The notes under the pieces were generated by a model. The model was not told where the DNA came from and ran no database searches. It was given only the letters and a program-made list of their open reading frames with translations. From NCBI RefSeq assembly GCF_009914755.1, contig NC_060938.1: a DNA stretch of 64,000 bases; one strand, written 5' to 3'. This document shows positions 13,586 to 39,779 of this stretch, one piece after another; the first letter of the stretch is position 1; each line of letters opens with the position of its first letter. Position numbers and translations under genes: made by a program. Origin of the DNA: the human T2T-CHM13v2.0 reference genome, Homo sapiens.

Positions 13586-14839
13586 CCAGTCTCAGCTTAG
13601 ACATCACTTCCTCCAGTGTATTTTCCCAGTCCAACCCACACACCCCCTGCCACACACACACACACCAGGCTGGATTCTGTGTTCTCAAAGCACCCTGTTC
13701 TTCCTTTACTCCAGTATTATCACACTCTGCTAAAATTGCTTACCAAATGCCCACAACACCCTGTGGAATTACTCTCTAAGGGCAGAGACTATGTTGTATT
13801 TTCAGCACCCAAGAATGTCTAGACACGGAAGAAATCTAATCAATATTGTCTAGCAAATGCATGTCTAGCAAATCAGTTCCTCTGAGTCCAAGTCTAGTTC
13901 TCTTTCCACTGTGAAACATCACCTCTCCAATAAGTGAGGACTACTGTTGAAGCAGAACTTCATTTTTATTATTTTATATTGACTTCTTCCATCTTGGAAT
14001 TTCCACCTGTTCATACCTGGATAATAATTAAATTTCTGTTCTCCTTATTAGGCTCTTAAATATTGTTGGGAACAATGGAGAGAGATGTTGCCTAGTCTAC
14101 TTTTATGTTTTAAATTTTCAAGAAATAACTTCCCTGGTTTTCTTAATATAATTTCCCCCTATCATCACCTCTGTAAACAGCAGCCAAAAATACCTCCATA
14201 CACTTGTCTCTACCAACTAAATGACACATTTCCCTAATGTCTCCTTCTGCTGTTTCCCCTCCTTTGATAAAGCCCAATTTATGACTTCATTATCATGATT
14301 AGTTTGATTTTTGAATCCCTAGTCACTTTCCTCAGATAATCATGCTTTTATCATTCCACTCTGCTAGCAACTGCCTATATGTTGACTTTACCCTTGGTAC
14401 ACTAAATTCAAACTCATTCGCTCTGCAGTCCCCAGACCAAGTAATGCCACATTCAAACACAGCAACCAGAGTGCTCCCAGGTGCCTTCTGCAGTAAACAC
14501 TGCAATCAAGTCATTTGATTTTACTTTCTCAGGTTCCTAGGCTCATAACTCTCTTCTGTATATACAAGAATCTAATAAAAGAAAGAAATTTGCAATGCCT
14601 ACAGCATTACAGCATACTCAAAAACCTGAAAGAGCTGTTATCACTCCACAATCTCAGAGCTTGCACCGTCAATGCTTTCTGCAATCTCACGCACCTCCAC
14701 AAACATTGTCTCATTTGCCATTCATAGCATTTCATGGTGCATCTAAATGGTATTACTTGATCCCTATTTAAAAAATGAAAAAACTGTAAAAATCAGAGAA
14801 ATTAAGAGAATGGTCAAATGTAGCTAGAATTTGGTGATA

Positions 14840-16200
14840 TTTATTCATTTATTCAACAACATTCATTAGCACCTACTGTAAGCCAGACCCTAGTCTAGGT
14901 GTTGGAGATAATTTCATTGAACAAGGCAAATAACATCCCAATTCTCATAAAACTTACATTCTACTGGAGAGACAGAGTATAAAAAAGTAATCACTCATTC
15001 CATAAGGCATTTTCACAAAATACTAAGTGCTATTTTTAAATGTGTATACTATGATAGAGTGCCAGGACATGAGTTGGAAGTGGGTGCTACTTAAAATTAG
15101 ACGGTCAGAAAGAACCTCTTTGAGGTGAGCTGAGACCTGGAGGAGCCAGTCATGCAAAGATATGAGAGAAAAGAGTTCCAGACAGAGGGAAAACAAGTGC
15201 ATGGCCTGGCCTGGAGGTGGGAAAGAGCTGAGTGTTTCAGGGACAGAACTAAGAGACTGCTTTTGAGGCTCAATCATTTGAGTCAAAATCTCTGTGATTC
15301 CCTAGGTCTTTTCTTCATGGTCACAAAATGTCTACGGAGGTTTCAACATCATGTCTACATTCATGACAGAAGGAATGCAGAAGGGCCAGTGCTAGCCACA
15401 TCATTTCCTTTCAACAAAAAAATTTTAAAAGATTCTCAGAAAGTCTCTTGCAGAATTTTATTTGGTGTTATTGGCCTGAAGCAGTTCATAAACACTCCCC
15501 ACCCACCCATCCAGCAGTGAATTAGGCAAGGAAAGTACTGTCATGACTGGCTTAGATTAGTATAGCTCCACTATCTGGGAATATTGGTACTCTGAAAAAA
15601 AATCAAAATTCCGTTGGCAAAAGAGGAGGAAATGACTATTAGGCGGCCATAATAGTGACTACCATGGTGGAAAGGAGAAGATGAATTCAGAGAGATATGG
15701 AGGTATCACATAATATTGGGCCTTGTAAAACTATGGTAAAGAGTTTCGATTTTTTTTTAAGTGCAATGTAAAATCATGAAAGAGGTAAGTAAAAGTGTGA
15801 CATGGTCTGATTTGCATCTTTAAGAGTGTGGTTGCCATTTAGAAAATAAATTGTAGAAAGCAAGAATAGAAACACAGACTTTGATTACAAGACACTTGCA
15901 ATGCTATAGGCAAGAGATGATGGTGGCTTACTAGGGTAGTAACAGTAAAGGTACAGAGAAGTGGTGGACTCAAAACATACCTTTTAAGTTATAACTGGAA
16001 GGACTTGCTGACATCATATGGGGGTTTCAGCAAGAAAGAAACAAACCAAAAGCTATGGTCTGATCCTCACAAATCCTTTATAATAGTATTTACAAAGACT
16101 GATAAACAGACTCAAAGAGAAAAATAATAATAATAAGAGCCATGCTTTGGATATGTTAAGCCTGTGAGGCTATTAGACATCCAAGTAGTTATCTCAGACC
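14840..16200 (-). mobile_element. L2a fragments, interrupted by an MLT1 piece at ~15270-15665
   Basis: TTCAACAACATTCATTAGCACCTACTGTAAGCCAGACCC...; continues CATGGTCTGATTTGCATCTTTAAG, GGCAAGAGATGATGGTGGCTT, TTAGACATCCAAGT. Confidence 0.7.
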
Positions 16201-16205
16201 ACAAC

Positions 16206-16620
16206 TATAGTAGATGCTGTGATGTGCTGCTCAGTTTTCTCTTCAAGATCAAGGTAGTAATTCCCTCAGCTTCCAGGAGTGATTTGCAGATGACTCATAG
16301 CTGAGTTCCTACCTGGATATTGCCCTTGGCCCAAGGAAACTATTCTATCCAAGGTTACACATTCTCCTTGAGAGTGGTCCATATCCAATGGTTGGTTGAT
16401 GCAGGCAAGCATTGGATTGGCTCCCTTGCTTCAGTTTGTAACTACTTTGAAGGGACATCCAGTGCCAGAGTTCCTCATTGGGGATGGCTAAGGTTTTGCT
16501 GTGACTGTGTTGTCTCTTATCTTCTCACTCTGCCCAAACCTGCTTCCTTCATTTCTTCAAAAGTGTTCTTCCCAACATCATTCTCCAATGAACTTTGTGC
16601 ATACCTGACCTGGGACACTT
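16206..16620 (+). mobile_element. LTR16A-like ERV-L 5' LTR
   Basis: TAGTAGATGCTGTGATGTGCTGCTCAG...TTGCCCTTGGCCCAAGG...CTCTGCCCAAACCTGCTTCCTTCA; homologous to 20463-21178. Confidence 0.75.
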
Positions 16621-16656
16621 GATGTCCCAGGAGCAATGGAAAAAAACAGAACGTGA

Positions 16657-17084
<428 letters not shown>

Positions 17085-17702
17085 TCACTGGTAGTAAACC
17101 AGGAGGAGACAGTGGCAGAAAGGAATGCACTCACAAGTCTACTATATCTCAGGCATTTGAGAAGTAGTAATTATGAGGGCAATGGAATCAGATGGCTATT
17201 GCTGAGTGCTATCAATGAGTAGAGAAAGACAGTGAAAAGCTGAGGGTAATTAATCACCAATTCCAGATGAATTATGAAAATCAAAGGGTCTAACTGATAA
17301 CATATGAAAACGTTGTTATATACTGCAGCCAAAAAATAGAAAAGCTAGTAATTGGGTTCAGAAGTTAATTACAAGGTTAGAAGAGCTCAAGACAAGGTTG
17401 AATTCTCAACCTTGCAAGGTCTACTGTGCCAAGATGAGAGTTCTGGCTGGGGAGAGTCCTAAAACTTGGGATCTAGACATCTAGGCTGATGTACTTTAAA
17501 ACCTTGAAACCCCAAATTCCCCTCCAGAGTGTCCTACTATCCCATGTTGAAGGTTAGAACTTCCCCATTTCTTGCAAATAAGGGAAGTAGAGAGGCCACT
17601 ATCTTGCAGGACAATATGAACCCCACTCAGGATTCAACTCAGCACCTTCCTTCCTAGTCAGTAACTAAGATCAGTAATCAAGTCAAAATATAGCCCATCT
17701 AT

Positions 17703-18003
17703 GCTGGGTGTGGTGGTTCACGCCTGTAATCCTAGCACTTTGGGAGGCTGAGGCAGGCCGATCTCTTGAGCTCAGGAGTTTGAAACCAGCCTGAGCAACA
17801 TGGCAAAAGCCCCTCTCTACAAAAAAAATAAAAAAATTAGCCAGGTGCAGCAGCTCACACCTGTAGTCTCAGCTACTTGGGGGTGCTGAGACAAGAGGAT
17901 CACTTGAGCCTGGGAGGCAGAAGTTGCAGAGTTGCAGTGAGCCAAGATCATCACACCACTGCACTCCAGAGCCTGGGTGACAAAGTGAGTTCCTAACTAA
18001 AAT
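17703..18003 (+). mobile_element. AluJ
   Basis: TTGAGCTCAGGAGTTTG and GGATCACTTGAGCCTGGG (J-type); the tail is followed by (TA)n. Confidence 0.9.
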
Positions 18004-19210
18004 ATATATGTGTATATATATATATATTTTAATCCAGAAAATAATGGGCCTGTTATAGGAAAAGTCATCACTCCCTGAAGGAGCTACAGGACCTAGTCAA
18101 CATTTACCAGCAGGGGCCAGGAGCAGATATATGGGGCTGGATCCAAAGGGAGCTTTATTGGAAGAGACTGGGGAATAGAACATAAACTGGTATAAAGGAT
18201 ATAGGATTTAACACCCTTTCAAGGATCCATGGATATGAGACAAACATGCTGAGCTAGCTCTTGGATGCTTAGAAAAACTGATGACTCACAGAAATGTTAG
18301 AATTGCCATGATAGATGATAGACAAATGGATCAAAAGACTCAAAGAAATGGACATGCTGGAGTGGATATACCATTAAGGCCAGGAAACTTGTCGGCCAAG
18401 TATATTCTGCTTGAGCACCAGAAGAATGCTCTATTTAAAACAGTAAGGAAAGCACTAAAAATGCTGGTGAGAAAAGAACCAGCATTGTGGAGAAGCTAAA
18501 TGATGGCTGTCCTTCATAAGCCAGGGGTAGCAGAAAGTTATACCATTACAGAATGTGGCTCCCTAATGGCATAGAGGATGATAGAATCCCCAAACAATCA
18601 AGGCCAGGAGGCACAGTTGATGCTTAATCAGAAGCAATGCAGGTGGCATAGTCAGAGTGAGATCCAGAGGAGCCTCATCTAAGGAGAACAATGGAGATGG
18701 TTCACAGAATACAGAGTCCACAGGCACAAGATAGATAAGCAGCTAATAGGCATATTTGTTAATCTATGAAATCAGGGGAGAAAAGCAAGAATGAATCATC
18801 AAGAGGATGAGAGAAGCTACTCTAATAAGAACATTATGATCCCTATTCAGTTTCAATTTCTGGATCTGAGTCTGTTTTTCAAACCCAGAAACCAATTGAC
18901 TGAAGGAGAGACTGGGTCTTCAGGAGGAAAGACCCTGAAACACCAAGGCAATTGTATATGATTATGTATATGATTACCCAAATCATTTGCCAAGTAGACC
19001 TATGATCATATATTAGGGTAACCATACATTGGAGAAAGGGAAATACCAGGACATTTTGAGTCTTGCTAAACATAGGCTCCAAGTCATATTGGCCACAATG
19101 AAATGTTGTATTGACCCCACTTCTATTCCAGGTCTACCTCATGATGCATATATTAGGTTCAAGAACCCACCTAGTGGTAATTTCCTCAGTCCTACCAAAA
19201 TACAAACATA

Positions 19211-19583
<373 letters not shown>

Positions 19584-19589
19584 TTAAAC

Positions 19590-19820
19590 CAGCTGAATTT
19601 TATCTTGCTGGGGGAAAGTCTGTCTTTTGTTCTATTCAGGCCTTCAACTGATTGGTGAGGTGCACCCACATTATGGAGGGCAAGTGGATTACTCAAAGTC
19701 CACCCATTTAAATGTTAATCTCATCAAAAAACATGCTCACAAAAATATCCAGAAAGATGTTTGACCACACATCCAGGCACCATGGCCCACCCAAGTTAAC
19801 ATAGAAAGTTCACCATCATG
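19590..19820 (-). mobile_element. MLT2 (HERV-L LTR) partial
   Basis: TTCTATTCAGGCCTTCAACTGATTGG..CACCCACATTATGGAGGGCAA..TTAAATGTTAATCTCATC..CAAGTTAACATAGAAAGTTCACCATCA. Confidence 0.85.
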
Positions 19821-20462
19821 CCCTTCATGAAATTTGTACTTCCTGTCTCTGGAAACTTGACTCCTGCAGGTTCAGAAGAAAAACACATGTACCAGGGGAC
19901 ACAACAAAAAAGACATTAATCATTAGGCTACAGCTGCAACTCAGTTTCTTCAGGTTTCTTGTGCCAAAAGACTAGCAGGTAAGGAAAGGACATCAACCTG
20001 GCAGGGGTATTTGGCCCTAATCAGTGAAACAAGGTGAGGGGTGTCCTTAGACAAGAGGGACAGGGAAGGATATGTTTGACATCCAGGTAGTCCCCTGGGG
20101 TGTTTCGGTACTCTCTTGCCTAACTTTGATGGTAAATGAACAAGTACAGCTGCTCTAAGATATGAAGGGCATGGTGACCAGAGGTTCAGACCAGAGGTCT
20201 GGGTCACCCCACCTGGTAAACCACCTAGACCAGCAGAAGTGCTGGGAGTGAAGGGAACATAGAGGAGGAAATGATGAGTACCATTTGCATCGCTGAGACC
20301 AGCTGCAGCAGTGGAGGACGCAGTTCACGCCACTAACCTTTCTCTTATAAGTTTCTCAAAAAAAAAAAAAGAGGGAACCAAAGAAAATCCTAGAAGAGCT
20401 ATTCCTGGAAGGGATAAATTTATTATATCAAACAAGTGGACCCAAGGGCACAACAGGTGGAA

Positions 20463-21178
20463 TTTGACATGCTCTGGTGCACCATCTAGATATCCCCTCC
20501 TGAACCAAAGTGCTCACTTTTGTAGGTGACAAGCATTTTGGTTACTCACAGCAGAATATCCAAAAATCGATCTTAGCTGAAGGAGCTACTTGGCTTCCAG
20601 TTTACTCCTCCTTTCAGCTCCCATCTAATGACTGGTCAATGCAAAGACACAAAGGCCAAACCCCTGCCTCTACTAAGAATACTTCCAGTAGGGCACGGTG
20701 GCTCACGCCTGTAATCCCGCCCTTTGAGAAGCTGAGGTGGGAGGATCACTTGAGGCCAAGAGTTCAAGACCAGCCTGGGCATTATAGTGAAATCTCGTCT
20801 CTTAAAAAAAAGTAAAATTAAAAATTAGCTGGGTGTGGTGGTACACACCTATGGTCCCAGCTACTTGGGAAGCTGAGAAGGAAAGATCAATTGAGTCCAG
20901 GAGTTTGAGGCTACAATAAGCTATGATTGTACCACTGCACTCCAGCCTGGGCAACACAGCAAGACCCTGTCTCAAAAACAAACAAACAAACAAACTTCTG
21001 GAAGAGCTTTCTAGCTCCAGCACTGGGCTGAGGCTTTTGTTGTAATTACATAGTTCAACTTCTCCCTCTGCGCAAACCTGCTTTCTTCATTCCCTCATAG
21101 GAGTTATACCCAAGAGCACACCTTGATAAACTTTCTGCATGCAAATCTCCATTTCAAAGTTGTTTCTCGGATAACCTC
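20463..21178 (+). mobile_element. LTR16A-like ERV-L 3' LTR (split by AluJ)
   Basis: ATGCTCTGGTGCACCATCTAGAT..., CATCTAATGACTGGTCAATGC, CTCTGCGCAAACCTGCTTTCTTCATT, TGATAAACTTTCTGCATGCAAATCTCCATTTCAAAG. Confidence 0.75.
20688..20994 (+). mobile_element. AluJ
   Basis: GGATCACTTGAGGCCAAGAGTTC and GAGTCCAGGAGTTTGAGGCTAC; (CAAA)n tail. Confidence 0.9.
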
Positions 21179-21909
21179 CTCCCTCTTTCCTCTCTCGGGC
21201 CCCTTCTCCTTCTGCCCCTCAGGAAACACTGATTCACTTCTTAGGTACAAAGTTGCAAAATCTAACTTTTAAACATGAACAGTAAGGAATAAACTGTAGG
21301 AAGAAATGGCAATAGTGTTTGATTAAGTTAGACTAAAAAATGAAGAAAAGTTGCTATTGCATGCATTTTCCATGACTAAGTAAACAGCAAGCCTGTTAAA
21401 ACCAGAGATGACCTAGTTACCACTGTGTGTATACATCCAAAAACAAGAAGCAGCCTCCTCTGTCATCCTTCTTTCTGGGGTAGAAAGAACTTTTAAACCC
21501 AAGAGAAAGTGGAGAGAATGCAAAGAAATTTCTAATTACATTTTTAAAAGCGGGAATTAAATAAGCACTCATTAACAGTTTATGGAGAAATTAGCTCAGA
21601 AGTTCTAGAAAAATATACCCCAAAAATGTTAACAATCGTTTACTCTGCATGCTAAGATTTAAAGTGACTTTATGCTATTTGTCTTCGTGCTTTTGAAAAA
21701 TGTTTAAGACCACTATAGTCATAAAAGCCTCTTTAACCTAAATATCATTTGCATAAAACTGTTTACCTCTATTCATAAAATATACAGCATTTGATATAAA
21801 AGGCCTAGGAAATTATATACACACATATATTCATATGTCTTTGATGACTAAGATACCTTAAAATTCATCCTGAGCATTCTCTTCTCCCTCTCTAATTTGA
21901 CCACATATC

Positions 21910-22207
21910 TTTTTTTTCTCTCTCTCTTTTTTGAGCTGGAGTTTGACTCTGTCACCCAGGTTGGAGTGCAGTGGCACAATCTCCACTCACTGCAACCTCC
22001 ATCTCCAGGGTTCAAGCCAAACTCGTGCCTCAGCCTCCTGAGTAGCTGGGACCACAGGCTTGAGCCATTACACCAGGCTATTTTTGTACTTTTATTAGAG
22101 ACAGGGTTTCACCGTGTTGCCCAAGATGGTCTTGAACTCCTGGCCTCAAGTGATCTGCCAAGGCCTCCCAAAGTGCTGGGATTACAGGCATGAGCCACCG
22201 CACCCGG
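21910..22207 (-). mobile_element. Alu (J/early S)
   Basis: Antisense dimer; TSD ~TGACCAC(A)TATC. Confidence 0.92.
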
Positions 22208-22484
22208 TGACCACTATCCTTCTACCACAGTGGCTTTTATTCCTGCAGCTCTGGTTCACAACCGTCCCCACTCAGCCTCCAAAACAACTAACTCCTCTCT
22301 TCTTTAGTCCCACCGCCTTCACATCTACCATCCCCACAGCCATAGGTGACTTCCCTTCAGGGACTTCTCCAAGATCTCCCTGCCTTCCTCTCCAAGGTCA
22401 CCCTCAACACTCTCTGGAGGGTGAACTGCTTACAGCTCCACATTGCAAAGCAGGCTGTTGCTCCCAAGTTTCAACAGTGAGTCT

Positions 22485-22780
22485 GCTTTGGGAGCCAAGT
22501 CAGGCAGATCACTTGAGGTCAGGAGTTCGAGACCAGCCGGGTCAACATAGTAAAACCCCATTTCTACTAAAAATACAAAAAAAAAATTAGCTGGGCATGG
22601 TGACTCCTGCCTGTCATCCCAGCTACTCAGGAGATTGAGGCAGGAGAATTGCTTGAACCCGGGAGAGGCAGAGGTTGCAGTGAGCCAAGATCTCTCCACT
22701 GCCCCCCAGCCTGGGGAACAGAGCAAGACTACGTCTCAAAAAAAAAAAAAAAAAAGAACAAAGAACAAACAAAAAAAGAA
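22485..22780 (+). mobile_element. AluS, 5'-truncated
   Basis: Starts mid-left-arm at CTTTGGGAG; long A tail; perfect TSD AACAGTGAGTCT (22473-22484, 22781-22792). Confidence 0.93.
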
Positions 22781-22847
22781 AACAGTGAGTCTACTGATTT
22801 GTCAGTTTATTTAAGTTTGTATTCTGAAAAGGACTTAAGGTGGGCAC

Positions 22848-28533
<5,686 letters not shown>

Positions 28534-28999
28534 AGCACTTTTTTCTTCACAAATAATCAGAAAAATAATCAGGGATGATGAGGGTAGCACTGGTGAGGAA
28601 GAAGGAAGAAAGAAGGGGCTGGGAAGTGGAGCTCTGGGAAGTGAGAATGGTAAGAATAGAGTCCCCCATCCCACAGGCTTGCAGTCTTTTCAGGAAGATA
28701 GCTCTAAGTAGGAATTCATAACATAATGCAGTTAAACCTTAAGCTCGGTTGTCAGCTAAATGGAATTGTGACATAAATACAGCTTGTTTTAAATGCTCAT
28801 CACCTTTTGCATTTCCTCACAACCACCAATTCATCTTGAAATTTCTCAGACTCTCCTCCACAGAACAGTACTGCTTTGGGAGTGGTTAGGGGTTTGCGAG
28901 AAGAGGGATCTGTTTTAAAGTGTGGGAAACATTGCTTACCACAGACATGCTCCTAGAAAGACACATAAACCTATTAAGAGCTCTGAAAAAATTATTTCC

Positions 29000-29800
29000 T
29001 TGTTCAATATGCAAAAGTATAGGTGAGCATAGCTAGCAATAAGTCTCAAAAGTCTTTAAAATATTTCTATTCCTTGAACCAGCAATTTCAAATACAAAAC
29101 TTTATTAATAAAAAAGAATCATACACATGCACAATCTTGCTACAAGGATGTTTATCCCACTGTATCATGTATTTAATAGATTAAAAAGGAATTACATAAA
29201 AGCCCAATAGTAAGGGATTGGTTATATAAAGTATGGCATACCCATATAATGGAATATTATGCAGAAAATATAATGATATAGACAATTTAATGATGTGGGG
29301 AAATGTTCGCAAAATATTAAGAACTTACAACTGAATATGAAAGGATACTCTCTTTTTAAAATTAAATATTTTCCAAGAAGGAAAAGATCAGAATGGCTTA
29401 CAACTGGAGTCTCAAACCCAAAAACCTCAGGGTGTAGGCAGATAAACTACGACAAGGAGTTTTCTTTCCTAGCGAGAGCAACTCCCATTCAGCTTTGAGC
29501 TCTGTGATGCTGGAATGCAGGCTACGTGATGCCTAGTGTCAATATTTCAGAAGATGCTAGAAACACTTGTGTTTGTGAGAAATCATTCCAGTTGTAAATG
29601 CTGGCATTGTAATTCAAAAAAATGTAAATATTATACAGCCAAATAAAGCACATATTTAAACTACTGTTAGCAGCTCTGATTTATGCGGAATGTCAACACT
29701 GGTTATCTCTGAATATCAGGATTTTGGGTGATTTTTATTTCTTTCATTTTGTTTTTATTCTTTTCCATATTTTCTATAATGAAAAATAATTTTTAATAAA
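29000..29800 (+). mobile_element. Old L1M 3' fragments with an interspersed probable DNA-transposon fossil
   Basis: AGGGATTGGTTATATAAAGTATGGCATACCCATATAATGGAATATTATGCAG and GGTTATCTCTG..GGATTTTGGGTGATTTTTATTT. Confidence 0.55.
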
Positions 29801-30299
29801 AAATACATTTTGTTTAAATTTTTAAGAGTTCAATTGTTACCTTACCATTACCACTGAAAATAGAAAAGGAAAGTTGTAATTTAAGAATTAAGGTTAGAAA
29901 TAAAGAAAGCATAAAACAATCTGTATAGTGGCAGTAAGAAATATAACATTCACAGGAAGCTTAGAAAATTAATGCATTTCCTTCTCATCCTTGGAGCTAT
30001 CTGAAAAAGAAAAATCTTCCCTGACATTTTTGCAAATTATTTGCTTTTATTCAAAACATTGGCAATATTACAAATATAAACAACCTAAGGTTATAGGAAA
30101 TGGTGACAAAGTAATTTTTCTGTAAAAACATTCCATTAAAAAAAGGCATCTATCCAGGACACCATTTCCCAAACTAGGTTCCTTGGCAGATCCGTAGTCA
30201 AATGAGTTCGGACTTCACTGCATCAAGTATCTCCCACAAGAGTTCAGTGCATATTGACAAAACAAAGACAAGGCTCTGAAATGTCCTGCAGTTTAATTC

Positions 30300-30359
30300 T
30301 GTGTGCGCACAGACACACATGCACATGCACACTTGCACGTGCACACACACACACACACA
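30300..30359. repeat. (CA)n-rich imperfect microsatellite
   Basis: GTGTGCGCACAGACACACATGCACATGCACACTTGCACGTGCACACACACACACACA. Confidence 0.85.
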
Positions 30360-30564
30360 AAATAAGGTGCCTTTGTTTAGCCAAAGAGTTTCAAACTGAT
30401 TTGTCCACAGAACTCTTTTATGGAGCACCTATTACCATCCCATACATAGTAGTATTCTTCAGAACACAAATCCGAAAATATAGAGTAAAATATAGAGTCA
30501 AGAAGAGAAAATAATTTTTTTCCTTAGAAATGTATTCTGTGTGTTATACTAAAAATTGTTCTTT

Positions 30565-30635
30565 TATCTGAAGCTCAGATTTTAACTGGGCAACCTGTTT
30601 GGGGTTTTGTTTTTTGCTAAATCTGGCAACCCTAC
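30565..30635. mobile_element. MER53-like hAT transposon end
   Basis: TTATCTGAAGCTCAGATTTTAACTGGG...TTTTTGCTAAATCTGGCAACCCTA. Confidence 0.6.
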
Positions 30636-30849
30636 TGACAGGACAATACAGTAGGTGAACCTCAAACTGTTTGAAAATGGTGTTAAAGTAGTAGGGCCTT
30701 GTTGTGTCTCAGCAGAGTTGACAACTTCCACAAATGGTGCTGAGTCCTCCAGGATCTGAGGTTTGGTTACCAATTCCCAGGTGACAGTCCCCTTTCCAAG
30801 CACTGAGTCCCTCCTTACTCTAGGAGCTGTGGGACAAAAAGAGAAAACA

Positions 30850-36993
<6,144 letters not shown>

Positions 36994-38455
36994 GGGAGAG
37001 AAAATAAATATTCGATACGCACTGGCATGACTGGCAATAGCTCAGGGGTTTCAAACAGGAGTTCACAACTCTTAGTGGGACGTGAATGCAGAACATGCCA
37101 GTATTGGGGGCAAGGTAGAATAAAATAGAATAGGTGGAAATGTGACATGGGGCAGACAATCAGTGTATCACCTGTATTTTGTCTCCTAAAACAAACTATG
37201 TGTGTACACTAGCTATCAATACTTCTTACTGTAGTCATGGTCCAAAATGTTGGAAAGCCACTGATATGATTTTGAGACTTGCCTGGCATTATTGTGAAAA
37301 CTGTGTTGGATCAACAGTGAGGATGTTAGTTTTACACTCACAGGTGAGGGTAAGCTTTGCTTTGTTCTGGAAATATTACCCTTCTGGAACCACTTTATCT
37401 CTTTTTGGATTCTGCAATCCCTGCAAACAGACGCCAATGCTTCAATTAAATCAGAGCTCCTAGTTTTGTTTCATTTTGCTATAATCACTTTCTGGAAGCA
37501 CACTTTGGAATTCAACATTGTTGCATCTAATCTTAGGCAATAAATATAAGTGATCATGTGGGACCAAAAAAAATCCATTCTGTGTAATTGATCATCTGTA
37601 GTGGATTTACAAATTACATAGTCTCAACATTTTTTAAAGAAGGTTTCTGGTACTTAGAAACTCAAGGAACAAAACCGGCTCTCAAAACTCAGGAGATTAA
37701 CCCAGTCATTCACAGTAAGGTATATCTCGAAAATCCACACATTAAAGGATCCCTTGAGGTCAGATTTTTTAGTCTAATAACAAAACGATACTGAGCTAAA
37801 AATCAGTGGGGGTCAGCCATAGGGCGAAAACGAAAGACTGCCTGAAATGGCTCTCCTTTTTCAACAATTTAACTTAGACCTCAGTTAGCAGGACTTCTAC
37901 TCAGTGTCATGGTAAAAACTAAACTGCATCATTTTATTTTAAAAGAAAACTGTTGACACTCAATGTCAGTCCCAGACACTCTAGCTAAGCTTCAAAATGG
38001 AATGCCCTGAGTCAATTGTTTTAAAATACCTTCCAAAAACACATGATATTTGACTATTAGTTTCTTCATCCACTACACCTGCATCAAGACCCACCTAGGA
38101 TGATTAGACAGTGACATCTCTTCATCCCTTCTCCTCCCCCCATCCTCCCCCTAAATCTCACACGAAACAGGTAAGCAGGGCAGACTAATCTGTTTGTGAG
38201 GTTTGTGCTTGCATGTGTCGATGTGCGCTATGGGATCTTAACATTGATTGCTATTTATTTTTATGTGTATTGGTTTGTCTGCAAAGGATAATATATCAAG
38301 TTGATATCTGACAGCTTCCTTCCAACTGAGACCTTGCAGCATGAATCCAGCCCAGCCCACTTTCCCTCCCAGCTAGACTCCAGCTGTTACTCCTCTGCCA
38401 CTGAAAATTGGCAGCACCCTCCTCCCCACAGCAGACTTTGTGTGTGTGATTGATT

Positions 38456-39779
38456 GGGATTTTATTTGTGATTTTTCCTGTTCTTAACTTTTCCAAGAGA
38501 TACACGATTCCCAGATGACTCTGCACTGGCTTGCAAAATTCAGAAAGTAGCCTCTGCAGGAGAACTCTGCCCCTTTGCTTTTGTTTGCTTGTTCACTTAC
38601 TCTAAAGAAAATGAACTTCTGGTCAATAATCACTTGCTCCAAAAAGGGCACAGCCACTAAAGTACACCAAAAAATCTAAAAGACATTAAAAATATTTCAG
38701 GGCCAGAGAAAAACTACCTTTTTCAAGGATCCCAGCACATGCAGACAGGGAAAAGATAAGAACCCTACAGTCTTTGTCTGATAATAAGCTTAAGTGAAAG
38801 CAATTTCCCAACGCAGAGCTCTCTTCTGTGGTTTACCTCACAAAAAGCCTGTGGTGGGAATTTTTTTTTCCTTTGAATCATGTTCCCCTTCACATTCAGT
38901 TGATAAGAAGCCTTCTTTTGTGAGAGCCATTTGATGTTCAAAGGGCTCTGCAAAATGCATGTGGACAGCATTTGGAGAATTCTTAGAACACCAATCTAAA
39001 TTTGGGTCTTAATAATGGGAAAGTTTTGTTAGCTATAAACAAACTTCAATGCCAAATTCTAAAGAGTAAGAACAGTTGTCATCAGCCTCTGAAGTCAAGG
39101 GTAGGTTAGAGTTCGACAGTTCACACATTTCCATCCCTCACCATTTAAATGTCAGAAACAGCCACTACTGGACAAAGGATACTGTCAGGCTGTCACAGGT
39201 AAATCCAATTCTCTGCTGGGCTGCTGTCCAGTCATAACACAATAGTGCAGAAGTATCCATTCTCCATTTTTCAGAAAATTCCTACAATTAAGACACTGCT
39301 CTGGGCTTCCCATAAGCATATGAAGCTCCAGGAGCACACAGGGGAAGATGCAATTAAGACATGCATCCTTTTCCCCAATTACTTCTTTGTAAGATTTTTT
39401 CCAGCAAAGGAACAGAAATTTAACCCCTAGGAAAAGTAGGCAGGAACTGAGTCAAAGAGAACAGACCAATTGCTGTTGTTTTCCATTCCCATCATTTGGT
39501 GAAACTCTAAAAACAAACCACTTTTGGTATGGGTCTTATTTGGGGTTATTCTTTTCACTTTCCAGGAGATTCCTTATTTCTCAGTCAAGAAGAAGGAATC
39601 TCAATTGTCTTGCAAAAATTCAGAATGTGAACTCTAGAGAGAGCTGCCTCTTTGCTTTTTTTGTTGGTTTTTTTGTTTTGTTGTTTTGTTTTTGTTTGCT
39701 AATTCTAAGGAAAATGAATTTCTGGTAAAAACTACTTGTCCCTGAGAGAACACAGCCACTAAAATACAATGAAAAAGCT
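38456..39779 (+). repeat. Diverged direct repeat pair (38456-38677 and 39531-39779) in non-TE DNA
   Basis: Collinear shared blocks: CTTTCCA(A/G)GAGAT, CTTGCAAAA(A)TTCAGAA, CTGCC(C/T)CTTTGCTTTT, TCTAA(A/G)GAAAATGAA(C/T)TTCTGGT, CACAGCCACTAAA(G/A)TACA. Confidence 0.8.
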
